Assembly: GCA_038324555.1 (NCBI GenBank)
Contig: JBBQIC010000002.1
Span: forward strand, 1-38,107
Direction: 5' to 3'
DNA: 38,107 nucleotides
From: Chloroflexia bacterium
GTDB lineage: Bacteria; Chloroflexota; Chloroflexia; QHBQ01; JADMIH01
This document shows positions 30,687-38,026 of the stretch, in pieces (the first letter of the stretch is position 1; each line of letters opens with the position of its first letter). A model generated the notes under the pieces. The model ran no database searches. It was not told the DNA's origin and saw nothing but the letters and a program-made list of their open reading frames with translations. The position numbers were made by a program, and so were the translations under genes.

Positions 30687-31510
30687 TAACGTTCTTCTAC
30701 GAACGCCACTATCCGAGCAAAGGCCGCTTCACCACCCTTGAAGCGGAAGGGGAAGCAACCCAACCATACGCGCTGGTTGAGTACTTCGTCTACCTGGCCG
30801 CCGACGTTTTCGGCGTGGAATACGCCCCTGGGGAAGAGGAGGGTGTGCGTGCATTGATAGTCTTCCATCCATGGGAAGGCTTCGTCCATGCTCATGCCTA
30901 TCTTGGCCTCTACCTCCGGGATGAGGTCGGGGCGGGCTACGCGGACTTTGGTGTTGAAGGGGTGATCTGTGGAGATAGCGTCAATCGCCATCCAGCGAAT
31001 GCCCCTGTCCAGCACCCAATCGCAGAAGGCGCGCTGCGGGCCAGGGTGACGCAAGAAACAGCGCGGCAGGTCGGGCTTTTCGTCGTTATGGACTTTGTAC
31101 CAATCCTCGTTGTAGTAGTGGTGGTAGCCGGTGTGGATCACCAGGATGTCGCCGCGCTCGATCTTGATGCCGGTCTTTTTCTCCCACATCTCGAAGTGCT
31201 CAGGGCCATAGATGTCGTAGTCGCCGATGCCGAATTGCGAGAGGTCTACTATGCAGGCGGGGCCAAAGAGGGTGTCAATGGGGATGCCCGAAATGTCCGG
31301 CCCTGGATCATAGAAGTGGTAGGGCGAGTCGAGGTGGGTGGCGATATGGTTGGTGCTGGATATGTGCTGGGCGTTCACGCCCTCGAAGGCGATCTTCTTG
31401 ACCCATTTGATGGTTGGCCCTTCGTAGAAAGCGAAAGGCGGCGAGTCCATGCTGAAGTTCTGCGAGAGGTCCAGCACTTTCACCTTGCTCAGGTCATACG
31501 GTACGTACAT
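30686..31510 (-). CDS. cyclase-family protein (kynurenine formamidase-like metal hydrolase)
   Basis: ORF track, 274 aa. The motif NHIATHLDSPYHF corresponds to the HxGTHxDxPxH signature of the 'putative cyclase' family. Confidence 0.85.
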   Translation of the reverse strand: MYVPYDLSKVKVLDLSQNFSMDSPPFAFYEGPTIKWVKKIAFEGVNAQHISSTNHIATHLDSPYHFYDPGPDISGIPIDTLFGPACIVDLSQFGIGDYDIYGPEHFEMWEKKTGIKIERGDILVIHTGYHHYYNEDWYKVHNDEKPDLPRCFLRHPGPQRAFCDWVLDRGIRWMAIDAISTDHPFNTKVRVARPDLIPEVEAKIGMSMDEAFPWMEDYQCTHTLLFPRGVFHAENVGGQVDEVLNQRVWLGCFPFRFKGGEAAFARIVAFVEER

Positions 31511-31592
31511 TGTTACACCCTCCGTTCAGGTAAATGAAGAATAGGCTGACATAAATAGACGCAGCCGGGAAACGTTGAGTTATTATACTAGA

Positions 31593-31613
31593 GAAACGTG
31601 AAACGTGAAACGT
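31593..31613. repeat. (GAAACGT)3 tandem heptamers, with one extra copy at 31569-31575
   Basis: Read directly. The heptamer is the same one (GTGAAAC register) used in the 10725-10790 hairpin. Confidence 0.8.
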
Positions 31614-31694
31614 AAAAGGAAGTATTGCCTTTCTGTAGCCCTGGGTGCTATACTGAGGTCGGTATTCGTGCGCCGTATAATGTCTGTGGTCAAC

Positions 31695-31723
31695 TTGACG
31701 GCTTATACCTTTTTCGCTAGAAT
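31695..31723 (+). promoter_or_regulatory. candidate sigma70-type promoter upstream of tRNA-Phe
   Basis: TTGACG (31695-31700), 17-nt spacer, TAGAAT (31718-31723). It lies about 135 nt upstream of the tRNA, so the assignment is uncertain. Confidence 0.35.
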
Positions 31724-31857
31724 AGAGCGACTACACCCAATCGTAACACCTCGAACTTTCAGGTCAAAGAGAGCATATGATTGGATTTGATCTATTTGAG
31801 TTGGGGCATAGGGGCCGCACGAATGCCCCGAAAATGAACACAAACAGGTAGCAATAC

Positions 31858-31933
31858 GCCGAGGTAGCTCAGTTGGTAGAGCATGCGACTGAAAATCGCA
31901 GGGTCATCAGTTCAAGTCTGATCCTCGGCACCA
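31858..31933 (+). tRNA. tRNA-Phe (anticodon GAA), CCA encoded
   Basis: Hand-folded. Acceptor GCCGAGG/CCTCGGC, D arm GCTC-AGTTGGTA-GAGC, anticodon arm TGCGA-CTGAAAA-TCGCA, T arm ATCAG-TTCAAGT-CTGAT, then ACCA. Confidence 0.9.
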
Positions 31934-31987
31934 AAATTAGGCACAAAAATAGCTCAGATGTTCCGTATTCCGAGCTATTTTATCATT

Positions 31988-32036
31988 ATGTAGCCAAATA
32001 TGTAGCCAAACTTATGCTATGGCTACATTGGCTACA
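31988..32036. promoter_or_regulatory. array of four TGTAGCCAA-type sites (two direct, two inverted): candidate recombinase or repressor binding sites
   Basis: Sites are atgtagccaa (31988-31997), atatgtagccaa (31998-32009), tggctaca (32020-32027) and ttggctaca (32028-32036). Confidence 0.4.
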
Positions 32037-32220
32037 GTATATTTATCGCCTTTATCACCAGTGGTTTGCGATGGGACAGGCCACACGCGGCCACGCATAT
32101 GCAACTTGTTGGTGTTAGCAATTTCTAACCCACACTGTTCACGGGGATTGACGGATGTGGTATTATTAGGTATGGACATGGAGCTACAACCTCCTTGTTC
32201 TAAGGCGGTCCGGTGATAGA

Positions 32221-32294
32221 AACACCGAGCCGGATTCGAACCGACGATAGTCGCTTTGCAAGGGGACCGCGTTGGACCACTTCGCCACCTGTGC
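32221..32294 (-). tRNA. tRNA-Cys(GCA)-like sequence with a defective anticodon stem; possible pseudogene or recombination remnant
   Basis: Canonical 74-nt length on the minus strand. Good T arm (GTCGG-TTCGAAT-CCGGC), a D arm typical of tRNA-Cys (GCGA-AGTGGTCCA-ACGC) and loop TTGCAAA. The anticodon stem pairs at only 2 of 5 positions, and the acceptor stem has 4 Watson-Crick pairs, 2 GU pairs and 1 mismatch. Confidence 0.4.
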
Positions 32295-32360
32295 CTGGAT
32301 GGAAGATAGGGTAGCCTCAGTTTCCAGCGAAAGCTACCCTATTAATTATCAATAACAAAG

Positions 32361-32843
32361 TTAGGGCTTCCCCTCCGAGTTCGGTCCATCGCCCTGACCT
32401 TGCTGTATTACGTTGAACATTGGACTAGGAACCACACGAAACGTTGTACGGCCCTTTTCTGCAAGTTCATGCGTTTTCTCATCTGGCAATAGAACCTTAA
32501 CAACGTAAGTGCCAAGATTTTCAAACTGCATGGGTGTCGGCACGACTAGTTGAACACGTTGTGATTGACCGGGTGCTGTACCAGGAGGTCTACCCATTTC
32601 AAAGCCGCCTTCTACTTTCACAAGCTGCTTGCCGTCCTGGTCATCTATATATAGTTCAACCTTATGGGGTTCGTTGGTCTCGGTCCAAGCGACCTCAATA
32701 CCAACAGCGATTGCAATCATTTGTGCGGCAGGAAGAGTATTGACAAGGACTGAATCCCAACCACCCCCCAAAAGGTAGAGTTTGCCCCCTACGATTTGGG
32801 CCGCATCTGCCAAAATTAACCAATCGAGTTTCACTATTGACAA
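32361..32843 (-). CDS. hypothetical protein (possibly DUF6941-like)
   Basis: ORF track, 160 aa. Clean ORF followed by hairpin atagggtagc/gctaccctat (32306-32342). The domain guess rests only on the N-terminal pattern LILADAAQIVGGKLYLLGGGWD. Confidence 0.6.
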   Translation of the reverse strand: MSIVKLDWLILADAAQIVGGKLYLLGGGWDSVLVNTLPAAQMIAIAVGIEVAWTETNEPHKVELYIDDQDGKQLVKVEGGFEMGRPPGTAPGQSQRVQLVVPTPMQFENLGTYVVKVLLPDEKTHELAEKGRTTFRVVPSPMFNVIQQGQGDGPNSEGKP

Positions 32844-32964
32844 CCTCCGATTTGTGTAGTATAATAATTAGACTTATGTAGTTTACTAAGTCAACGGCTG
32901 TAGCCCCAATTGTAGTTGAAACTGTAGTGCAAGACTATACGTATTGTAATATATTGCTTTAATT

Positions 32965-33264
32965 TTGTCAAGACCACGAGTTAGATTTACGTATGACGAC
33001 GCCAACGAAGCTAAATTTGCTTCGCATGGTTTGACTGCCGACCAAGTTGACGATGTATTAGATGGGCAGTTTACAATTATGTCGAACAGGAAAAATCGAA
33101 CAGGCACGCATTTAGTAATCGGGCGCGACAGCAGTGGCATATGTCTGACCATTCCGATTGTACCAACACAAGAGCCGGGGTTATGGCGACCAATCACGGC
33201 TTGGCGCTGTAAAAGCTCAGAGCAAGCAAAACTCAGCAAAGCAAAGAAGGGAGTAACAGTGTGA
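32965..33264 (+). CDS. brnT: BrnT-like (DUF497) type II toxin
   Basis: ORF track, 99 aa, TTG start. FTYDDANEAKFASHGLT resembles the DUF497 opening F-W-D-x-x-K-x-x-x-N-x-x-K-H-G, and the C-terminal WRPITAWRCKSSEQAKL resembles the (I)ISARKAT...E tail. It shares a 4-nt overlap (GTGA) with the next ORF. Confidence 0.6.
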   Translation: MSRPRVRFTYDDANEAKFASHGLTADQVDDVLDGQFTIMSNRKNRTGTHLVIGRDSSGICLTIPIVPTQEPGLWRPITAWRCKSSEQAKLSKAKKGVTV

Positions 33265-33650
33265 ACGACAAAGACATCGAAAACTTAGAGAACCCTGAAA
33301 ACTGGGATTGGGAGAATGCAGAAACGGTATCTGGTACAAAGAATCGCCGCACAATTGTATCAGTGGCATTCCCACGTAGCGATTTCAAGAAAGTAGCCGA
33401 ATGCGCGCGGCAGATCGGGATGAGTGTATCCGCCTTTGTTCGCCATTCAGCAGTGGATACAGCGGAGAAGGTTTCAAGCGCGAACAATAAAGCCAAACTG
33501 ATTTCCTCAGAACCTGGCACTTATGCCTTGCCAGGCAATGTAGGACTAACAACGTGGCGAATGTCAAACGCGAAAGAAAGTAATAAGCCGCTAGAACCTT
33601 TCACCACAGACGCTAAGCAACCTCGTGCAATAGAGTTAATCAGTAATTAA
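33261..33650 (+). CDS. brnA: BrnA-like antitoxin (RHH/CopG-type C-terminal domain)
   Basis: ORF track, 129 aa, GTG start overlapping the toxin stop. The segment RRTIVSVAFPRSDFKKVAECARQIGMSVSAFVRHSAVD fits a ribbon-helix-helix antitoxin. Confidence 0.55.
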   Translation: MNDKDIENLENPENWDWENAETVSGTKNRRTIVSVAFPRSDFKKVAECARQIGMSVSAFVRHSAVDTAEKVSSANNKAKLISSEPGTYALPGNVGLTTWRMSNAKESNKPLEPFTTDAKQPRAIELISN

Positions 33651-33655
33651 TCGTC

Positions 33656-33708
33656 AAGTGCAATAAGTAAAGACTGGCGTATTACGCCAGTCTTTACTTA
33701 TTGCACTT
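33656..33708. terminator. bidirectional terminator hairpin between brnA and the integrase gene
   Basis: A roughly 25-bp perfect stem, agtgcaataagtaaagactggcgta/tacgccagtctttacttattgcact, followed by ttttcggg. Confidence 0.7.
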
Positions 33709-33733
33709 TTCGGGCAAAATGGGCAAAGCCCCC

Positions 33734-34927
33734 CTAACCCCTATCCCTATAGCCTTCGCTCCACAGCAAAGCGCCCATCTTGTCGGCGGCTTCTTGCTCT
33801 TGGCGGGGTAGCACATGTGCATATATATCGGCGGTAGTGGCAATCTTTGAGTGGCCCAAAATCTGGCTCACTACTTTCAATGTGATGCCTTGAGCCAGCA
33901 TCAGAACGGCGGCACTATGCCGGGTGTCGTGGAATCTAATCTTAGGTAGTCCCGCCTTCTCCAACAACCCTACAAGTTGGCGATTGAGATTGCGCGGCTC
34001 TATGCCTGTGCCGACTTCACTGGTAAATACCAAGTCCCATTCGTTACCCTTCCATGCCGTGCCCGCTTTCAGGCGTTCCTCAAGCTGGCGCTTCCTATGG
34101 GTGCGTAGGGCGTTCATCAGGGGCTTGGGTAGGCGGATGGTACGATTGCTTTCCTCAGTCTTTGTGTCCAGACGTTGCAGAGTAGAGCCCTTGCCGATGC
34201 GGAGTAATGACCCGCATACGTGGATGGTAGACTTCTCAAAATCCACATCACACCAACGCAACCCTAATGCTTCGCCACGCCGGAGGCCAAGCGCAAGGGC
34301 AACGCTATATAGCCCCTCTAGTCTATGACCCTTGAGTACCGTCAAGAATGCCCTGGCCTGTTCCTCATTCAAATAGGAGCCTTTGAACTTTGGCTTGGAG
34401 GATGCCGTTTCCTTTTGCCTCACAATCTTCGCCGGGTTACGATAGACCAGGCCATCCTCTACGGCCATCTCCAACGCCCTGCGTAAGACGGCGCGTGCTA
34501 GTTTGGCAGTGGTAGGCGATAAACCCGCTTCGACTTCGGCGGCTTGGAACTCGCGTAGGTGCTGTGGAGTGAGCTTCGTAAGTTGAATGCGCCCCAAGCG
34601 CGGGGTCAGGTGACAGCGTACCGATACTTCGTATTGAATATAGGTTGCTGGGCGCACTTCATTCTTTACAGTCTGTAGCCACGAGTTGAGAAACTGGCTT
34701 ATGGTTAGGCGCTCATTACTAGAAATGGGTTTGCCGACCTGCTGATCGGCAAGCACAGTTTTCAACTTCTCGCTTACTTCCTTGCGGGTCTTGCCATAGA
34801 AGACCTTGCGCTTGCGCTTGCCGTCCGGCCCATAGCCCAGATTGACGCTCCCTACCCACTTTCCATCAGATGCGCGCTGATAAATACCACCTTCGTTGTG
34901 CCCTCGCCTCGTGTCTTTGCTTGCCAT
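33734..34927 (-). CDS. tyrosine-type site-specific integrase (phage integrase family)
   Basis: ORF track, 397 aa. The catalytic region has LGLRRGEALGLRW (Arg I) and HDTRHSAAVLMLAQG...LGHSKIATTADIYAHV (H-x-x-R ... Y). The N-terminus is an arm-binding-like GGIYQRASDGKWVGSV. Confidence 0.9.
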   Translation of the reverse strand: MASKDTRRGHNEGGIYQRASDGKWVGSVNLGYGPDGKRKRKVFYGKTRKEVSEKLKTVLADQQVGKPISSNERLTISQFLNSWLQTVKNEVRPATYIQYEVSVRCHLTPRLGRIQLTKLTPQHLREFQAAEVEAGLSPTTAKLARAVLRRALEMAVEDGLVYRNPAKIVRQKETASSKPKFKGSYLNEEQARAFLTVLKGHRLEGLYSVALALGLRRGEALGLRWCDVDFEKSTIHVCGSLLRIGKGSTLQRLDTKTEESNRTIRLPKPLMNALRTHRKRQLEERLKAGTAWKGNEWDLVFTSEVGTGIEPRNLNRQLVGLLEKAGLPKIRFHDTRHSAAVLMLAQGITLKVVSQILGHSKIATTADIYAHVLPRQEQEAADKMGALLWSEGYRDRG

Positions 34928-35008
34928 AGTTGCTTCTCCTAACTGTTCCTCCGACTAAACCTCTGAGCGTATGTACTGTACTGTGCTGTATCTTTGCTCT
35001 TGGCCTGC

Positions 35009-35419
35009 TTAGGCCGCTTGAAGCCAATGCACAAAACCTTGCTCTTGTAGGTTGCGCGCCCACATGTTGGCGAATGAGGTTTGCTCCGCCTGCTCTCGCA
35101 TATCAAAGCGTGTAATCTCCCCATCCTCTACCCATGAGGCTTGATGATAAATCCCTACTGCCATTTGGATGCTTACCGGAACCCAACCATTGTCAACTCC
35201 ATAGCCAGTGAAGAAGACCATATCAGGGTCGGGCACTAAGTCGCCGTTTTGCTCGTAATAATGGGCTACACTTGCCAAGTTCTGAGCGATAACCTCGATG
35301 CACAAGGGCATAAAAGGCGGGTTATCAATCCTGACGTGCGCGCCAACTTTGTCCAGGTCTATCCCGCTCTGTTGCGCGATCTTGGTGATAGCGCGGGCCA
35401 TTTGCTTAGTAGTCTTCAT
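35009..35419 (-). CDS. hypothetical protein, DUF6908-like (mobile-element associated; tentative)
   Basis: ORF track, 136 aa. SVAHYYEQNGDLVPDPDMVFF and FANMWARNLQEQGF resemble a family I recall from conjugative or integrative elements. Confidence 0.6.
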   Translation of the reverse strand: MKTTKQMARAITKIAQQSGIDLDKVGAHVRIDNPPFMPLCIEVIAQNLASVAHYYEQNGDLVPDPDMVFFTGYGVDNGWVPVSIQMAVGIYHQASWVEDGEITRFDMREQAEQTSFANMWARNLQEQGFVHWLQAA

Positions 35420-35447
35420 TTCCTGAGTCTCCTTCTGCCTTACGGAT

Positions 35448-35726
35448 TTATGGTACTAGGTCATCGTACTTTAGAAGCCAGCGCCCGGCCTCTATGTCGT
35501 TGTGAGCGCCTACGCTTTCAAAGATGCGGATGACTTCATCCGGGTCACTCTCTTTGGCGTAGACGGCCATGTACTCGCGTGTGTATTGCCACGCCTCGCG
35601 GCCAGCCTTGCGCCCGTACTTGGTCTTATCGCCTACGTAGGTGGTCAATCCTACTAAATCGAGCATTTGACTAAGCCGCATAATAATAGACCTCACTTCC
35701 GATGTGTTCATGTCCGATGTGTTCAT
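35448..35726 (-). CDS. hypothetical small protein
   Basis: ORF track, 92 aa. Strong RBS (ggagg 5 nt before ATG 35726). Overlaps the 3' end of the HNH gene by 56 nt. Confidence 0.55.
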   Translation of the reverse strand: MNTSDMNTSEVRSIIMRLSQMLDLVGLTTYVGDKTKYGRKAGREAWQYTREYMAVYAKESDPDEVIRIFESVGAHNDIEAGRWLLKYDDLVP

Positions 35727-36117
35727 ATAACCTCCAAGTCTTGTGTACTGCTCTGTGACATTTTACACATAGAGTGCGAAGGTTGGATAGTTCGTTCGTG
35801 CCGCCTTTGTAAAGTGGTTGGATATGATGGACTTCGAGCCTGCAATTCTGAGTGCCGCAGTCCTTGCAAATGTGGCTGTCTCGCCAAAGAGCCTTCTCAC
35901 GGACCATACTCCAATCCCTACCCCTAGCGGCCCGTCTGCACTTGTCCGAGCAAAAAGCGTGTACGTGGCTCTTAGGTGTGAAGTGGTTATTGCACTTTGG
36001 GTTGACACACTTTTGCATTGTCCCGGTCCCCTTTGCTCTTGTTAGTGCCTGTGAGCATGAGGGCTGCTTACACTCAAACTTAGCTCTCTCATCTGGGTTC
36101 CCCGCTAGGCTTATCAC
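35671..36117 (-). CDS. HNH endonuclease with N-terminal zinc-ribbon
   Basis: ORF track, 148 aa, GTG start (alternative ATG at 36018). Motifs CKDCG...LEVHHIQPLYKGGTNELSNLRTLCVKCHRAVH and CVNPKCNNHF...CSDKC. Confidence 0.8.
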   Translation of the reverse strand: MISLAGNPDERAKFECKQPSCSQALTRAKGTGTMQKCVNPKCNNHFTPKSHVHAFCSDKCRRAARGRDWSMVREKALWRDSHICKDCGTQNCRLEVHHIQPLYKGGTNELSNLRTLCVKCHRAVHKTWRLYEHIGHEHIGSEVYYYAA

Positions 36118-36186
36118 TCACACTTGGCTCTCATTCGTCCGGGTTCCCCTCAATCTTGCAGCCCTCATATTCACTTGTCTATAATC

Positions 36187-36215
36187 ATTATAACATATGT
36201 TATATAACTTGTCAA
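36187..36215 (-). promoter_or_regulatory. consensus sigma70 promoter reading leftward (HNH to integrase operon)
   Basis: On the minus strand: TTGACA (36215-36210), 17-nt spacer, TATAAT (36192-36187). Confidence 0.65.
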
Positions 36216-36257
36216 GAGATTTCTAAGATATTGTAAGAAATTCGATATAACATTATA

Positions 36258-36286
36258 TTGACAAGGTATATAACAAGAGGTATAAT
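36258..36286 (+). promoter_or_regulatory. consensus sigma70 promoter reading rightward (74-aa ORF, possibly leaderless)
   Basis: TTGACA (36258-36263), 17-nt spacer, TATAAT (36281-36286). ATG 36293 lies only 6 nt after the -10 element. Confidence 0.65.
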
Positions 36287-36292
36287 GAGGGC

Positions 36293-36517
36293 ATGAGCAG
36301 CAAGCCGCCAAATAGAATACCGGGTCTATCAATTTACCTGGGGCCAGAGCCTGAGCGGTCCCGCCGTGTTGCTGCGCTAAAGCAACTGTCGGGGAACCTA
36401 CACGTTACAACGTCGGAGATGTTTAGGATGCTGGCAGACGGAGAACTGTCCCTAATGGTTGCACCGAATGGTCGGAGCGGCCAGCAGAGCGCCCTAGAAG
36501 TCCAAGAGAACACATAG
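36293..36517 (+). CDS. small hypothetical protein (candidate element regulator)
   Basis: ORF track, 74 aa. It sits immediately downstream of the consensus promoter. No recognised motif. Confidence 0.45.
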   Translation: MSSKPPNRIPGLSIYLGPEPERSRRVAALKQLSGNLHVTTSEMFRMLADGELSLMVAPNGRSGQQSALEVQENT

Positions 36518-36769
36518 CCCGCGCCAATCGGCAACTCAGCTGACCATCCAGTCCCTTTTAGGTGTCCGTTGTGTCCGGTTGTACCTCTTTTTTAGGTGTT
36601 GCTTTTGTTGCATTGATGTGTACCCAACTTTTCTCTCGTATTGACACAATCCCCGCCTTTTTCTATACTCTAAGCTACCTTCCGGTACGCTGGCGTCTCC
36701 CTCAGTCACGCGCCATGCACGCGCCGGACGTTCGCATACTTCCGATACATCCCGAAAAGGATAACGCCC

Positions 36770-37987
36770 ATGCCCCGTACCAGAAGCAATACGCAGGCCG
36801 GACGGCACAAGCCGATTGAGCAATACGAGCACGCCGACAAACAGCGCGCCAACAATCCGCCCGTTGGCCTGGTCACGCCTGACACCGACCCCGACATAGG
36901 CAAGCAGACCTATGCCTATGACCCCCACCTTGACCCCCAATTGGTGTGGGCGAGCAAAGCGGAGCATACGTCCTTCGAGGTTGATACCGTCTCTCTCCAT
37001 GTACACGAGCGCATAGACCCGCGTACCATCGTTGAGGCCGTTCGCAAGCGTGTCGCCGTTGGTGGGGGCATAGCCGAGGAGTTAGCAGCCTACGTCCAAG
37101 CGTCGCTGTTTGAGACCCCTACGGAGAACCCGCCTCTGCGCGAGGCTATCGAGTTCTACAAGCACAAGCACGGGTGGAGCAACCGCCTGATTGCGGGCGA
37201 CTCGCTCCTGGTGATGAACTCGCTGCTTGAAAAAGAGGGCATGGGCGGGCAGGTGCAGATGGTGTACATTGACCCGCCTTATGGTATCAAGTACGGCTCC
37301 AACTTTCAGCCGTTCATTAACAATCGTGATGTCAAGGACGGCAAAGATGATGATTTGACACAGGAGCCGGAAACGATAAAAGCGTTTCGGGATACTTGGG
37401 AACTTGGTCTACACTCGTATCTAACATATTTGCGCGATAGGCTCCTTCTTACCAAAGAGCTATTGACGGAAAGTGGTTCGTGCTTCGTACAGATTTCGGA
37501 CGAAAACTTACATTTGGTGCGAAACCTAATGGATGAGGTATTCGGAGTTGAGAACTTCGTAGTACTACTTGCGATTCAAAAAACTGGGAGTCGAAGTGGT
37601 TCGTTCGTGCAACGTAATTGCGATTACCTTGTGTGGTATGTAAAAAACCGTCAATTGGCTGAAAGGAAGTTTAGAAAATTGTTCCTACAGCGTCGGCTCC
37701 GTAGTGCGGGTGGCACGGGTTATACGATGGTTGAACTTCCAGACGGGACGGACCGAGAGTTGACCGAAGCCGAAATAGCGGATTTACGTCTGTTGCCACT
37801 TGGCAGTAAGATATGGCGAGCATATCCTCTAACTTCTGACGGTTATAGAACGACAACGACAGTAGATTTCGAGTTCAACGGAAAGAAATATCACCCTGGA
37901 AATAACAGGCATTGGGGGGTCACTATTGAAGAACTCAATGTTGTGGCCCAAAAGAAAAGGATAATAAAACGTAACTACTCAGCCTAA
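36770..37987 (+). CDS. N6-adenine/N4-cytosine DNA methyltransferase, type III Mod-like, probably 3'-truncated
   Basis: ORF track, 405 aa, RBS aaagga. Catalytic motif IV VYIDPPYGIKYGSNF. The N-terminus YAYDPHLDPQLVWASK is typical of Mod-type enzymes. No FxGxG AdoMet-binding motif follows before the stop. Confidence 0.75.
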   Translation: MPRTRSNTQAGRHKPIEQYEHADKQRANNPPVGLVTPDTDPDIGKQTYAYDPHLDPQLVWASKAEHTSFEVDTVSLHVHERIDPRTIVEAVRKRVAVGGGIAEELAAYVQASLFETPTENPPLREAIEFYKHKHGWSNRLIAGDSLLVMNSLLEKEGMGGQVQMVYIDPPYGIKYGSNFQPFINNRDVKDGKDDDLTQEPETIKAFRDTWELGLHSYLTYLRDRLLLTKELLTESGSCFVQISDENLHLVRNLMDEVFGVENFVVLLAIQKTGSRSGSFVQRNCDYLVWYVKNRQLAERKFRKLFLQRRLRSAGGTGYTMVELPDGTDRELTEAEIADLRLLPLGSKIWRAYPLTSDGYRTTTTVDFEFNGKKYHPGNNRHWGVTIEELNVVAQKKRIIKRNYSA

Positions 37988-38026
37988 GGGCAAGACTGCG
38001 GCACGATTAATGTAGATAGAGGGAAT

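Noticed and set aside
30686-31510. Possibility that the 'cyclase family protein' is a signalling nucleotide cyclase (CBASS-like defence).
   Set aside because: The motif pattern is that of the kynurenine-formamidase-type metal hydrolase family misleadingly named 'putative cyclase'. No effector or partner genes are adjacent.
30668-31537. 289-aa + strand ORF opposite the cyclase-family gene.
   Set aside because: The minus-strand frame carries the HxGTHxDxPxH-type motif. The + frame is a V/G/E-rich shadow.
31873-32216. ORFs 31873..32118 and 32019..32216 in the tRNA-Phe / tRNA-like spacer.
   Set aside because: The first overlaps the tRNA-Phe gene itself. Both lie in AT-rich repeat-containing DNA with no RBS.
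36536-37006. 156-aa minus-strand ORF overlapping the start of the Mod-type methyltransferase.
   Set aside because: It has no RBS or motif, and it overlaps the methyltransferase N-terminus that matches the Mod family pattern.
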